Positions 33,666 through 45,920 of a stretch of DNA of 55,611 bases are shown piece by piece. The notes beneath the pieces are model-generated. The model saw only the letters and a program-made list of their open reading frames with translations, was not told the origin of the DNA and did no database searches. The position numbers were made by a program, and so were the translations under genes. The DNA lies in NCBI GenBank assembly GCA_965644315.1, contig CBFFRQ010000211.1, positions 1 through 55,611 of the forward strand, given 5' to 3'. Position 1 is the stretch's first letter. Each line of letters opens with the position of its first letter. This DNA is from Caecitellus pseudoparvulus. Taxonomy: Eukaryota; Protista; Bigyra: Bicosoecida.

Positions 33666-36233
33666 TTATCGCTGTCGCAAGGAACGTGCAGCCTGGGGTC
33701 CACTGCCTGCCACGGCGCTGTACAAACCTGGTGGCACGCCGCCCAGATCGCTGGCGGCCCGGCGTGGCATGCTCTGCGCCGAACCTGACCCACGTGGGTC
33801 TGGCGCGGCCTGTTCAGTCCACGGCACAGCCCGGGTCAAATCCTGACTCACTAGGGGCAGCACCACTCGTGACGCCACCCCTGCCCTCCGATCTCGAAGC
33901 ACGGCCGAGTGGTGGCGGGTGGGCTTGGCTCGGTGGCCGCTTCTTTGGCGGGAGGGCTGACGCGCTGGACTGCCGCTTGATGGCCGCAGACGTCCCTGGC
34001 CCGCACGCGGCGACGACGGCCGAGCTCCCCCCCGAGAGGCTGGCGGTGAGTGTGTGGAAATGGGGGTGAATGCGCGCTGCAACTTGGCCAGCGTGTGGGC
34101 GGGTGAGACACGTGGCGTGCGTTGGCGGCGGGGAGCGCTGAGCAAGCCCCTTCCTCCGCCAGAACGGGGCGGGTCGGATGTCTGTGGCGCAGCCCTTGGC
34201 GTAGCACCTCCAGCATCTTCGCCTTCCTCCTCCTCCCCCGCACTGCCCGCCTCGGCGTTGGCGGAAAATGCTGAGCGCAGCGCAAGCAGCCGAGCCTTCA
34301 GGAGCGAATCAGCGCCACCTCCCCGCAGGGCCGAGCGTGTCCCAGTGCCTGCCGTAAAAGCATCAGCTGCAGCCTCTGCGAACTGTGCGTAGGCTGTGGC
34401 CACATCGCCACCGGCCGCCACAACCCCTTGTAGTGTTGCATGTTGACCCGGCAACCGGTCATACGCCTCCGTGCCGTCTGTGCTGCTACGGGACGCCCCG
34501 CCATTCAACGCAGCAGCGAGGGCCTTGCTGTGCACTCGCCGCGTGAGGAGCGGGTCCAACTCGGCGTCCAGCGAGTCGTGGGGCGGGTACATGCGGCTGC
34601 AACCTGGCGCGACCAGCCCCTCAAACCACCGCCGCTTGGCTTCCACGGCCTGGTGCACCGTCATGCCTGCCACCAGCTCGCGCAGCGACGTAGGAGGGCC
34701 TGTCGCATCTGCCGCTCGCACTGCGTGGGCTGCCTCCTCGTCGGAGCTGCTGCTGTCGTCAGCGTCTGGCGTGCTAAGCTGACGAGCCGCCCTGCCAGCA
34801 GCTGACGCAAACACGCCAGCACTGCGCGTGGCAGAGTACAGGCGCGACTTGGACTGCTGCCGGGCTGCTGCGTCAGCCTTGCGTTTGTCGCTGGCCTTCA
34901 TGTTCACGAGGGCCAGCGCCTCGCGCACCAGGCGCCCCTTCACCGCCGTGTCCAGGCGGCTGTCGCACGCGAGTGAGGGTGAGTGGTTCACTTCAATCAG
35001 CCACGGGCGCAGCGCGTCGTCCAGCATGATGTCGCACCCCAGCACCTCAAAGCAGGCGCTGGACGTGAAGCTCTGACTGGGCTTCATCCCTGCGACCTGG
35101 GCGCCCCACCGCAGCCCTGTCGGGATGTCCACTCGGCTGCCATGCGGCCCGGCCACGGAGCGGTACACGTGCGCCAGTTTGGGCTGTGCGGCCAGCAACA
35201 TTTTTGTCAGCATGTGCCCAATACTGGCCCACACCTCCTCTGCGTTGTGACCTTGCTCGCCCAGCCACCTGCGAAACCACCGCAGGGTGCGCTTGCTGCC
35301 GCCAGCACCGCCTGCCTCGGCATCCGCCCCCACAAACCCCGCCGCGTGCTTGTTGATGGAGTAGTTGGTGAGGTGCATCGTCACATGGGACAGGTTGCCC
35401 TGACTCGGCGCCACGTACGGCGACGTGGCCAGGCGCACGAGGCCCTCCTGGAACAAGAACGCGCGCAACGGCCGCACCGACGTCACCAGCACGTACACGC
35501 GCAAATCGAACTTCAAGCCGTCGATGAGGAGGGGGCGGGAGATGTACCGCTGCACGACCTGGGGCTCGCGTGGGTCCACCCCCTCCCCTCGCTTGGTGAG
35601 GAAGATGCCCTTGCCCTGGCACCCTGCGTCTGGCTTGACGATGTACGTGCGGTGCTTGCCACGCCGCGCAGCCGCCTTTTTGAACTCCGTCCACTGCTCC
35701 GGCAGCACCCACGTCTGGGGCAGGAAGTTGTACTCTGCCTTGAACAGTCGCCCCATCACTCCCAGCGTGCGTGCCAGCCAAGCCTGCCGTGTGCGCAGCG
35801 TAGCACAGCTAAGTGTAAAATGCGCAGCAGCAGCAGAAGTGCGAGGCGGTTCAAACGCACCTTGCGGGCGAGAATGTGCATGCCTGGAAAGTGATTCAGC
35901 TTCTGGTGCCGCTTCAACCGCATGGCGCGCTCAGCCGACACTGACGTGTCCATCCACATCAAGTTCCAGGCCTGTGGAGGTGGCGTGGGGCGGTGTTGGC
36001 GTGGCGTGAAACGTGGTCAAACGGCACCGCTCGCAGCTGCCCCGCACCGTGCTGTCAGGGTCCTTGTCCACCACCCAGCCCCGCTCCCGCACAGCATGCT
36101 CTACAATGGCATACTTGCAGTTCGCAAGGTTCACCACCACCGTGCGAGGGCGCTTGCGCTTCGGCCGCGAAGTCGCGCCGCTTGCCTCGGACTTTGAGGC
36201 CCGAGGGCTGAGAGCGGCACTCCGCCGAGGCAT
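33666..36233 (-). CDS. TTLL6: Tubulin polyglutamylase, TTLL6/13-like (introns 36047-35972, 35860-35784)
   Basis: LNHFPGM..LARK, YIVKPDAGCQGKGIFL, KFDLRVYVLV, HLTNYSINK, CFEVLGCDIMLD..PWLIEVNHSPS; introns restore frame; 3' end of the low-complexity tail less certain. Confidence 0.9.
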
Positions 36234-36693
36234 GGCGCCTGGGCGGGTGTGCGGTGCCCCCAGAATGTGCTTCAGGGTCTTCTACAGGCAGGCATCACAC
36301 GTGGCAGGCGCCAGCGCACAGCCTCTCTAAGGACGCGCCGGGCGCGCCCCACTCAGTCGCCCCGGGAAACGCAAGTGAAACGGAAGGGAATTCGCTCGCC
36401 CGCAGAACTGCAGTCTTCAGGTGGTGCAACTGCAGGATTGGTGGATCAGACAGTCTATGTAGGTTTTATTCACGTGTTTTTGTTTTTGGTCAGCGCGAGC
36501 GCGGTTTGGAGCATCCCGACATCCTAGGCCAGACACGACCAACGCACTCTCCCGCGGTGCATTGCTGCGAAGAAGCTCCCAATTCGAACAGACTCAATCA
36601 ACAGCCCTTTACATACCCGAACCCTGAGGTCCCCTTCCTTCACCCCATTTCGTTCCTTTTTTTTCCGCACAAGGCACAAGCAATTTCCGCTGC

Positions 36694-37079
36694 ATGCAGC
36701 GCAAGGCTCTGCCGGGAGGGGGTCCCCGGTCTGCCTGGCATGATGCGGTGCTGCCGTACTTGAAACGAAGCTTGCTTCCTGGAGTCGTCTTTGGCGGCGC
36801 TGTCATGCTCGCTGTCTACTACCGCAGCGACATGGACTGGCTGCGCTGGCGGCAAGATGCCGCAGCCGTGCAACGAGTGGTGCGACGCCATGCACTTGAC
36901 GCCTATACACCACTGCCCCTACACTGCCCTGTTCCCTCCCTGCCCAGACTGCCGCCACGGGGCCGCTCTCGGCATCGGCACGAGCTGCGCTGCAGGGCCA
37001 GTACCACGTGCCAGCGGACGCCTACCCAACAACGCTGCCAGACGAGGAACAAGGCAACGCGTCACAGTCCAGCACGTGA
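36694..37079 (+). CDS. Small hypothetical single-TM protein (~89 aa; putative intron 36880-36995)
   Basis: ATG after a pyrimidine tract; hydrophobic LLPGVVFGGAVMLAVYY; GTGCGA...TGCAG intron gives a phase-0 join and stop at 37079. Confidence 0.45.
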
Positions 37080-37547
37080 CCTCTCAACGTTCACCTGCTG
37101 CTTTCGTTTGCAAGAGGCCCTCCCAGTGCCGTGCCGTGCTTCTGTCGCATGGCCACTCAAACCGCCGGCAAACTGCAGCGCTGCATCTCCGCTGCATTCG
37201 ATCACGCCCCTCGGGGGCATTCAGAGGAACATCCAGGGAATTGCATGTGAAGCACCCCTGAAGGCCGTACAAAGAACGGGGACCTCCAAACGGTGTGCTG
37301 TGTGATCGACTGCAGAGCTCTTCTCTCATCGTGATTGGGCTTCGCAGTGGGAGGGGGGGCGCAATGCGCCAGGTCCAACCAGAAACACCCTGACTGCAAT
37401 TCAGAACGCCCAGCTAGCATATCACGGGCTGCCCTTCTCGCCCTCGCTGCCTGCTGCCTGCCTTGCCCTGGCCTTGCAGCGGAATTTGAAGGCGGCCAGT
37501 CTCCGCCCACACAGCAAGCGCCCTGCACGCCCGCGCCACTGTGCGGC

Positions 37548-38966
37548 ATGGCCAGTGCCAGCGTCTCGAGCTCCACGTGGAGTACCATCTCAAGCCAGCA
37601 GGAGGATGATGCCGGCAGCCAGGCCTCAGTGGACAGCATCGAGATGAGCCTGGGAGCAATGGACGCATTCCTGCGGATGCTGGCAGCAGAGACGGGCGGG
37701 CCTGAGCGCCCCACCACTGCCCCTGCAAAGGCCTCCCCGGGAAACTTGACCTCTGCTTCAAATCTCCGAGCGCCGCCCAAGCCCCTTCGCCAGCAGTTGG
37801 CTGGGCCCCACGAACCAGGGCACGACAAGGTGCCGCCCACCCCTACCGAGCTGCCCGTGACCACGCCGGCACATGGCCCCACACACCAGCCAGTGAGCGC
37901 GGGCGACCCTGGCCCCAGCACCATCAGCCCAGCAGTGTTCAACGACGATGCTGGCGCCTTGTCGCGCGGCAAGGCGCGTGCTTCTCGGCTCACAGCGCCG
38001 CGCCAAGAGCTGCTCTTCACCTCCCCCGCCAAGCCCGCGCCCACCTCCGCACAGCACTACTACATCCAGCCTGGGCGGGGCGACATCGTGCTGGAAATCA
38101 CCCATGGTGACGACGGCTCCCCCTCCCTGTCCGTGGTGCCTGCCGAGGAGGCGCCCCCCTCGTCTCCTGCGACGCGCTCGCCCGCCCTTCCCGACCGCGA
38201 GGAGGACAGTCTCCAGGGACACATGCAGGCTGCACAGCGTGCCCTGGACGACGTGCAGGCGGCCGAAGTGGACTTGGAGACGCACCTGCAGAGCATGCGT
38301 GATATGCTAGCTGAGGCTGCCGAGGAGGCGCCTGCACTGGACTGGACGTCACCCGCCCGCTCCGAACGGCCCGCCCCCCCTCCCCACGACGAAAGCCACG
38401 ACAGCTCCACCTTGGACTCTACTACCAGTAGTCCTGCACCCCACGCCGCGCCCGCCCCCCAGCCCGCCCGTGACGCCAGCGAATGGGATGGACAGGTGGC
38501 CCAGGCGAGACTGAGCCAGCTGGATGCACGCACACACTCACTGGCGCACCGGCTGCAGAGCATCGCCGCTGGCTTCGGCGTGGCCCCCGCGCCGCCCGCA
38601 GCAGGGGCAAACCTCCCCCCCCTCTCCCCCCAAGAGACACTGCTGCGCTCCCTGCGAGCCAAGTGCATGGCAGAGGCAGCTGCTCACCGGTCGGCCCAGG
38701 TGGCCCATGCCGAGCGACGGCGGCGCCTGCTGGCACAGTGCGCAGTGGAGCAGGCCCACGTGGCCTTGCACGCCGCCAATGGCCAGGTGGACGTCTTCGC
38801 TCAGTCTGCTGCCAGGAGCCTGGTGCAAGCAGCGGTACAGGCGCGGACCAGGCGCACAGCCCGCAGAGGGCCGCGGACCCGCTCCCGCCGCCGCAAACGC
38901 CCACAGCGCCAGACGGCCAAGCACACCAGCAGTGCAGCCCAGGCCCGGCGGCCGTGGGTGAATTGA
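37548..38966 (+). CDS. Hypothetical Pro/Ser/Ala-rich protein with coiled-coil segments
   Basis: Open frame of about 470 aa from ATG 37548 with codon style like neighbouring genes; no recognisable domain. Confidence 0.6.
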   Translation: MASASVSSSTWSTISSQQEDDAGSQASVDSIEMSLGAMDAFLRMLAAETGGPERPTTAPAKASPGNLTSASNLRAPPKPLRQQLAGPHEPGHDKVPPTPTELPVTTPAHGPTHQPVSAGDPGPSTISPAVFNDDAGALSRGKARASRLTAPRQELLFTSPAKPAPTSAQHYYIQPGRGDIVLEITHGDDGSPSLSVVPAEEAPPSSPATRSPALPDREEDSLQGHMQAAQRALDDVQAAEVDLETHLQSMRDMLAEAAEEAPALDWTSPARSERPAPPPHDESHDSSTLDSTTSSPAPHAAPAPQPARDASEWDGQVAQARLSQLDARTHSLAHRLQSIAAGFGVAPAPPAAGANLPPLSPQETLLRSLRAKCMAEAAAHRSAQVAHAERRRRLLAQCAVEQAHVALHAANGQVDVFAQSAARSLVQAAVQARTRRTARRGPRTRSRRRKRPQRQTAKHTSSAAQARRPWVN

Positions 38967-39107
38967 CTCAGGCACAGCACGTGCATTCGAAACAGCCCCG
39001 GCCCACGCTGGTCGTGCAGCATGCGCCGGGGCCCGGGCGGAACGCATTACAGAAGAACATTTATGCGAGTATGGGAGGCGGCGGTGGTGGCTGCTTCGGC
39101 ACTGGCC

Positions 39108-41478
39108 TCACCAGAAAGCCAGCAGCAGCCCCAGGCTAGCGACAATGGCCACCCCGTGCGCCACCTGCCACGCCATGGCCTCAGAGGCTTTCGCGGCGGC
39201 GACGGTGTCCACGGCCCCAAAGGGGGGCGGCTGCTGCTGGCCCTCGAAGGAGACATCCGCTGCCTCCGCACCCCCTCCCACCAGAGCAGCATCCTCTGCC
39301 TCCTCAGCAGAGGGCGAGCTAGCCATGCCCTGGCTGCTGGCAGCGGCGGAGCCCGCCCCCTCCAGCTCCAAATCCAGCACCACATCCTCCTCATCCTCCT
39401 CATCTAGACCCCGTGCAGCCACAGCAGCATACGTGGCGCCGCCTCCTCCGGCCCAGGCACCCCCTGGCGCCGCCCGGGTGGACGCTGAGGATGCAGCGAC
39501 GCCCCCGCGACCGCCCGCAGACAGCGCTCGGCGTGTGTCTGCAGCTGACAGCTCCTCGGCCAACGCCTCGTCCAGGTGCCCTTGCCAGGCCTGTGGCGCA
39601 CGCCATGCCATGAAGCGCAGTGTCGGCAGGGCCAGGCCCTTGGGCGGCGCGGCACTGGAGGCACATGCGGCGACAGCCGCAGCCAGGGCAGTCATCAGCA
39701 CCTGCACGGTGCTCTGCACAGCCAAGTAGGTGAAGACAGAGGACACGCCAAAGGTCCACTGCCAGCCGTTCAGGGCGTCCAGGTGCCCCGCTGTCGGGGC
39801 AGAGGCCGCCTGTGCCAGGATAGGCGCCACGACAGGCACGGTAACGAGGCGGCACAGGGCGATGAGGTGCGCCACAACCACGCCGGTCGCGGCGCCAGCC
39901 GACGTAAGGGTGGGCATCAGCATGCCAGACACGGCCGCCACGACGAGGGGGGTGCCGAATGTGAAGGCGCTGTCAAAGACAGTGGTCAGTTGGGGGGCGC
40001 TGCCGCCAGCAGGCGTCACCTGCCCTAGCCACGCCAGGCTCAGCAGGCCGAGAGGCAGAATGACGGCAGCCCACACCAGGCGGTTGCGGGCCGTGAGGAT
40101 GGGGCCCTTGGTCAGGCCTTCACCGCCATCGCCACCGCCAGTCTGCCCTGCAATGTGCGCCTGCAGCGGAAAGGTGGCAGGCATGCACGGCACCAGCACC
40201 TGCCGCAGCAACAGCTGCCCTGCGCCACGCAGCGTGACGGCCACCCGCACGACGAGGGCTGCCAGGAGGCTGGCAGTGAGCAGGCCGCGGAAGCCCGAGG
40301 GCAGCACCAGCATGCTCATGGCTGCAGTGGTGGCCTGCTGGAAGGAGCAGGGGCGCCCCGCCTCGCCACAGCCCAGCGTGCGCCCCAGACGCAGACGCGC
40401 CACGGTGCCGGCAAAGGCCGTGAAGACAAAGAGGAGGGGGGCGCCGCACGCGACAAGCGTGGCAGTGCGTGCTGGGCTGCTGCGGGCTGCGGCCACTGCC
40501 TGGGCTGTGGCGGGGTTGCCCACCAGCAGCCACAGCAATGCAAGCGGCACGCCGAAGAGCAGGGCGGGCCAGGAGACGTCCACGGCCCAGGGGCGAGCGG
40601 CCACTGCCGCGTGTGAGGCAGGGGGCTGGCCGATGTCCAGGAACGTCGTGTCCATGCCCAGCTTCACGGCGTGCTGGGAGGTTTGCATGGTGAACTCGAG
40701 GGACGTCGCGCCACCTGCCATGGACAGGGCCAGACTGCCCAGCAGAGTGCCAGCGATGAGCAGGCCACTGGCCAGGACCAGGGCCAGGTTGGCAAGTGTG
40801 ACTTGGGTCGGGGACAGCATGGCCAGGAGGGTGCCCAGGCACACCAGCAGGCTGACGCTGCTGGCTGGCGTCCAGTTCATAGCGGGGGTCAGCCACGTCG
40901 CCCCAGACACCAACAGCGCCATGGTGCCGATGAGCAGCACCAGCACAGACACCCCCGTCGCGTACATGGCAAAGAGCGGGTCGAAGCGGATGCTCAGGTA
41001 GCCTGGCACGTCGGCAGCGCCCACTCGACGCAGGGTGGGCCACACCACCCACGCCACGCCGGCCAGCACCAGCGGCAGGAGCAGGTACGGTGCAGCTGCG
41101 GAAACGCCGACGGACGTCGCATACTGCACGATGCTTGAGGGGCCAGCTTGCCTGTTGCGAGGGCGGGTGTGGCCGGGTGAGCGTGACAGGAGGGTGATGC
41201 GCGGAGCGGCACAGCACGCACCAATCCACCCCGACGAGCAGCAGCATGCAGGCGACTGCCGGCGAGGACAGCGGCCAGTGCGCCTCAAAGGGGGCCTTCC
41301 CCGCCCACAGAATGCCACGCCTGGCAGTCCACTCCCTGCGCAGGGCGTAGCCTGCTGCTGCCACGGCCAGCAGGCTGAAGATGACCACTACAGCCACGTC
41401 GCCCTGCGACAGCTGCAGCACCGCCGCCAGCCGCCCAGAGGGCGTGCTAATGGGGGTCGCGGGCGGAGAGCCAGACAT
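39108..41478 (-). CDS. Divergent sodium:solute symporter (SSS/SLC5) family transporter (intron 41221-41152)
   Basis: Many TM helices; DVPGYLSIRF, LPSGFRGLLTASLLAA, WPALLFG as in SLC5; 70-nt GTGCGT...CAG intron joins the two ORFs in frame. Confidence 0.75.
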
Positions 41479-41713
41479 CCTAGTGTGGGCTATGGAGGGT
41501 TGGAGCTGCGCCGGGCAGGCCGCTGAGGGCCGCTGCTGTGGTGCTCAGCAGCTGATTCAGCTGAGCTCACGGGGCTCGACGCTCGGCAACGCTGGGACAG
41601 CGCCGTGTGCAAATTCAAAGCGCAAAGTGCATGTACGCAAGTTGGGAGAAGTACTGTGGTGAACGGAGTGCACCAAGCTGCAGCCTCCGTCTGGCACCCC
41701 CCCTCCCTGCGCC

Positions 41714-42882
41714 ATGGCGCTCGCACGTGCAGGGGCCCGAAGTCTGAACGTTTCGCTGGTGTTTCGCGGCAGCATGCGAGGCATGTCCGTGGCCGCCAGC
41801 CCCTTCCTGAAAGAGCTGTTGGAACCAGTCTCTGAGATGCGTGCAGACAATGTGCTGAAGCAGTATGGCCTTGCAGAGCGGCGGTCTGCACGGTCCTTCC
41901 TCCGCAAGCACCAGGTGCTGGAGCAGTCAGACGGGCAGGCAGCGCCCTCCCGCGTCCTCACTGCCGCCACAAAGGTGAACCCAGCAAACCTGACAGGTGC
42001 GGCACCCATGCATTGTGGCCTCTGCCTGTGCGCGCTCGCAACTTCCCCCCCTCCATGCTCTGCGCAGTGGACGGCGAGCCGCTGCCCTTCACACAGCCCC
42101 TGCACCTCGCCATGTACAAGCCAGCCGGAGTCAGCTGCACCCACGCAGAAGACGAGGGGCCCACAGTGTTCGACATGCTGCCTGGCATGTTCCAGCTGCG
42201 CAAGCCGCGCCTGCAGTGCGTCGGGCGCCTGGACCGTGCCACGACCGGGCTGCTGCTGTTCACGCAGAGTGGCCAGCTGAACCACCGCATCACAGCGCCC
42301 AGCAAGGGCGTGCCCAAGGTGTATAAAGTGCGCACAGCAGCGCCGCTGTGTGCGTCTGGACGGGAAGCGGCCGCTTTCGCGTCAGGCGCCCTCACGTTAG
42401 AGGATGGCTCGGTGTGCAGGCCGGCCACTCTCACCCCGCACCCCGCCGACCCACACTGGTGCCAGGTGACTCTGCACCAGGGCATGTACCACCAAGTGCG
42501 TCGCATGTTCGCTGCGGTGGGGCATGCCGTCGTGGCGCTGCACCGCTCCGCCGTCGGACCCCTGTCCCTGGAGGGCATGGGGCTCCTGCCTGGCGACTGG
42601 CGCCCACTGCAGCACAGCGAGCTGGCGGCCCTGGCTCGGGCCACAGACAGCAGTCCAGCCCTGCCCCCCACCACAGCTCGGCGCCTGTCCATCGCTGAAG
42701 CAGCGGCGGGCGTGCTGGCCAGCGACGGCCGCCCAGACTTGGGCCTAGTCCAGGATGCAGGGGACTTCCAGACCTCTGCCTCGGCGCTCTTCTCCGCCTC
42801 CACTGCTGCTCAGCGGGCGGAGAAGGCGGCGCAGGTGCAGCGTGGGGCTCAGCGGGAGGTGACGTCGCAGACTGAGCGGTGA
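41714..42882 (+). CDS. RsuA-family pseudouridine synthase with probable organelle-targeting N-terminus (intron 41997-42067)
   Basis: MYKPAGV, VGRLDRATTGLLLFT, KVYKV, LHQGMYHQVRRMFAAVGH.V..LHR..VG; S4-like MRADNVL; intron restores frame. Confidence 0.92.
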
Positions 42883-43490
42883 GTGGGAGCATGTTTCCAG
42901 TGTGCTCGCCGGCCCCGCTCTCACCCGCAAACTGTGTTCAGTCATGGCCAGCGGGTACGTGCCATGAGAAGAGGACATTTGCATCGACGCAATCGCGGGT
43001 TGGACCTCCACACAGTGTTGGGGGTTGGCCTCGCCAACTCTCCTTGGATTGTCTGCGGCACGGAACGCGGCGCCAGCCTGAGCATGCCGAGCAGACACAC
43101 CCACACTGCAACAATACCTGGCTCTTACCAGGCTGGGATTCTCAGGGGTGCCCAGGAAGTTCTTTCCACACTTTTTGTTGAGATGCCTGACATCAGATCG
43201 AGCGGATTCGCACACAATTGACATGCCTGACACCAAAATGCACCTCAACTATGTCCCACACACACCTGTGATATCAATGCACATCCGCACATCATCGTGT
43301 CTGGCGCCTTGTCTCCACTCCTGGCCGCCACAGGTGAGCGTGCACTGGTGCAAGTGCGGAAGTTGCACCCTCACACGTCAAGTGCGACAGCGCCACCCTG
43401 ATACCCAGCACACCTTCCCACTGCTTCCACCCCGCAGGCGCTAGCTACATAGCACTGCCGCTCTTTATCAGACCCCCGCCATCCATCGTC

Positions 43491-45725
43491 ATGGTGCGTG
43501 GGCTTGGGCATCGCGCCCTGCTCTCGCCAGCACTTGCGCCAGAGCGTGTCGACCACACACCACAGCACACAGCGCCCTGCTCCTCTTCAACACCACAGGC
43601 AGCAGCCACAGGACAAGCTATGGAGGGCACTGCAGCACCCACTGCAAGCATCGACGGCACCCAGGCTGAGGCGCTGGCGGCATGCTTGGCCAAGATGAAG
43701 TGCTTGCCGGGCAGTGTCATGGATCACGGCCCAGCTCTGCGAGGACTGGCAGCCATTGGGCGTGGCGAAGTGCCTGCTACAGGCGATGCCCCATCGGCTA
43801 TGAGCCTGGTCGAGCTGGAGGCTGCACTGCGTGGAGCGGGGAGTGCGCTGTTGGAGCAAGCTGGGCTGTTGGCGGGGCAGCGTGAGCGAGGTGGTGTGTG
43901 TGCTGCGCTGCAGTACCTGTCGTTCCGGTGCTTCTGTGCGGTGGATGTGCTGCATCAGGCAGCATCTGGTGTGAGTACTGATGCAGTGCCGGAGGGTGAC
44001 GCACTGTGGGGCGCCATCATGGGTGCTTGGAGCAGTGTGCGGAGCGGTGTGAATGTGGAGGGTGCGCTGGCTGACCTGACGCGATGGTGGCAAGGCTTCG
44101 AGGTGGCGGATGTGGCTGTGGCTGGTGAGGGTGGCCCACTCACACATGATGCCGGTGGCGACGCGGCGGTAGATGCGGCTCTGGCTGGCATGCGACAGCA
44201 GGCTGGTTGGCTGCGAGGCGAGGCGGCAGGCGAGCTGGCGAGTGAGAGTGCTGCGAAGCACTTGGAGAGTGCAGTGAGTGCAGTGGAGGAGCTGCATGGG
44301 CTGTTGGGGTGTGCACCGGTCATGAGTGGTCGGAGGGTGAAGCCTGTGCGTGGCTTGGACTTGTCGGGCGGCTTGGAGTGCCTGAACGGCAAGGATGTGA
44401 GTTTGTACAGTGGACGGGTTGAGATCGTGGATGAGGATATTAGTGGAGCTGGGGATGTGGAGCAGTGGGCAGCAAGTGCGAAGGCGGGTGCGACAGCGCT
44501 TGCAACTAGTGTTGGCGCCGTGAAGCGTGTCGAAGTGGCTCGCATCGCCCATGGCCTGCCGCGCATGGCGCAGACTCCACACAAAGCAGCACTGACGCAA
44601 AGTTTTCCTGGAAGTCGAGCAGATGAGCCGATTGGGGTGAGGAGCAGTGTCATGGTGCAGGTGCAGTGTGAGGCGGGGTGGCCGTTGAGGATGTTCCTGG
44701 AGGATGAAGCGTGGGGTGATGTTGGGATGGAGGTGAAGCAGCGTGTGGCTGCGAGAGTGCTGGGTGTGTGTGCTGTGGCGGAGGCGTGTGGGGTGAGTCT
44801 GGATGGTGTGGGTGTGGGGAGTTTTGTGGTGGTTGGCGTGGGGAGTGGCAGTGTGGGTGATCTGGTGGGCGCACTGGATAGGGGTGGGGGTGAGGTGGTG
44901 TTGAGTGCATGTGGCGGTGTGTGGGGCGCATCTCACACTGGTGGTGGAAGCTCTGATGTGAAGGGTGGTGGCTTGTTGGGTGTGCTGCGTGAGGTGCTTG
45001 GTGAGGGAGGTGATGCGTTGGGTGGCGGCTCGGGCGCTGTGTCGAGCTTCGTGGGCAGTGGTGAAGGCGATGAGCTTGGACTGACGAAAGCATTGGAGGT
45101 GTTGGCGCGAGGAGGGAGTGGTTGCTGCATGGGTGCGTATGCGATGGCGTGTGAAGGAAATGGGGGTGGAGCGGGGCGTCTGTCAGGTGTGGAGGGTGAA
45201 GTGCGGAGTGTGCTTGCTCGAGATCAGGCAGCTGCAGCGGCAGGTCAGGCAACCAGCGCCGAAGCTGAAGTTGCATCAGCTGGACAGTCGGAGCCAGCGA
45301 CTGAGCAAGCGAGATTCAGTGAGGAGAATACGACTGAGTTTGTGGAAGCGTGTAAGCAAGGCAAACTTGCGAGGGTGCGTGAGCTGCTTTCGTTGACGGG
45401 GGATGGGGCGGTGGATGTGCATGTGGAAGGGACAGTTGAGGTCTCGCCTGGGGTTTGCAGACAGGGCCCTGAGGCTGCCTTCCGTGGTGCATGCTACAAT
45501 GGCCACACGGACATTGTGCGTGAGCTGCTGAGCCTGACTGGGGCGCGACAAGTGGATGTGCATGCAGCGGACTGGAATGGACCTGAGGCCGCCTTCCGAT
45601 ACGCATGCTGGAATGGAAAGACAGACGTCGTGCGTGAGCTGTTGGGCCTCACTGGGCATCGCAGGATCGCAGACAGCGTGCGACAGCGAGCTGACAAGTT
45701 TGAGACCCTGACGGATTTGATTTGA
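43491..45725 (+). CDS. Hypothetical protein with degenerate kinase-like region and C-terminal ankyrin-like repeats (5' exon structure uncertain)
   Basis: 744-aa open frame; three VRELL(S/G)LTG repeats, two followed by VDVH...PEAAFR.AC.NG; kinase-shaped segment PLRMFL...VAARVLGVCAVAEACGVSLDGVGVGSFVVV lacking catalytic residues. Confidence 0.65.
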   Translation: MVRGLGHRALLSPALAPERVDHTPQHTAPCSSSTPQAAATGQAMEGTAAPTASIDGTQAEALAACLAKMKCLPGSVMDHGPALRGLAAIGRGEVPATGDAPSAMSLVELEAALRGAGSALLEQAGLLAGQRERGGVCAALQYLSFRCFCAVDVLHQAASGVSTDAVPEGDALWGAIMGAWSSVRSGVNVEGALADLTRWWQGFEVADVAVAGEGGPLTHDAGGDAAVDAALAGMRQQAGWLRGEAAGELASESAAKHLESAVSAVEELHGLLGCAPVMSGRRVKPVRGLDLSGGLECLNGKDVSLYSGRVEIVDEDISGAGDVEQWAASAKAGATALATSVGAVKRVEVARIAHGLPRMAQTPHKAALTQSFPGSRADEPIGVRSSVMVQVQCEAGWPLRMFLEDEAWGDVGMEVKQRVAARVLGVCAVAEACGVSLDGVGVGSFVVVGVGSGSVGDLVGALDRGGGEVVLSACGGVWGASHTGGGSSDVKGGGLLGVLREVLGEGGDALGGGSGAVSSFVGSGEGDELGLTKALEVLARGGSGCCMGAYAMACEGNGGGAGRLSGVEGEVRSVLARDQAAAAAGQATSAEAEVASAGQSEPATEQARFSEENTTEFVEACKQGKLARVRELLSLTGDGAVDVHVEGTVEVSPGVCRQGPEAAFRGACYNGHTDIVRELLSLTGARQVDVHAADWNGPEAAFRYACWNGKTDVVRELLGLTGHRRIADSVRQRADKFETLTDLI

Positions 45726-45920
45726 TCCTGGCTTTCTGAACAGTCCAATGCACCATGCGACAAACTTGGCACCCACCTTTGGCCAGCACACCCGCCCCAC
45801 TTTCAAGCACCACACCACTTCCCACCTCACACGACACACCAGCACACCTCACCACCACCCCTTCATCCCCCGCTCCCACACCTGCAAAACATCCCCCTCC
45901 ACACCCCACACCAAAGCCTC

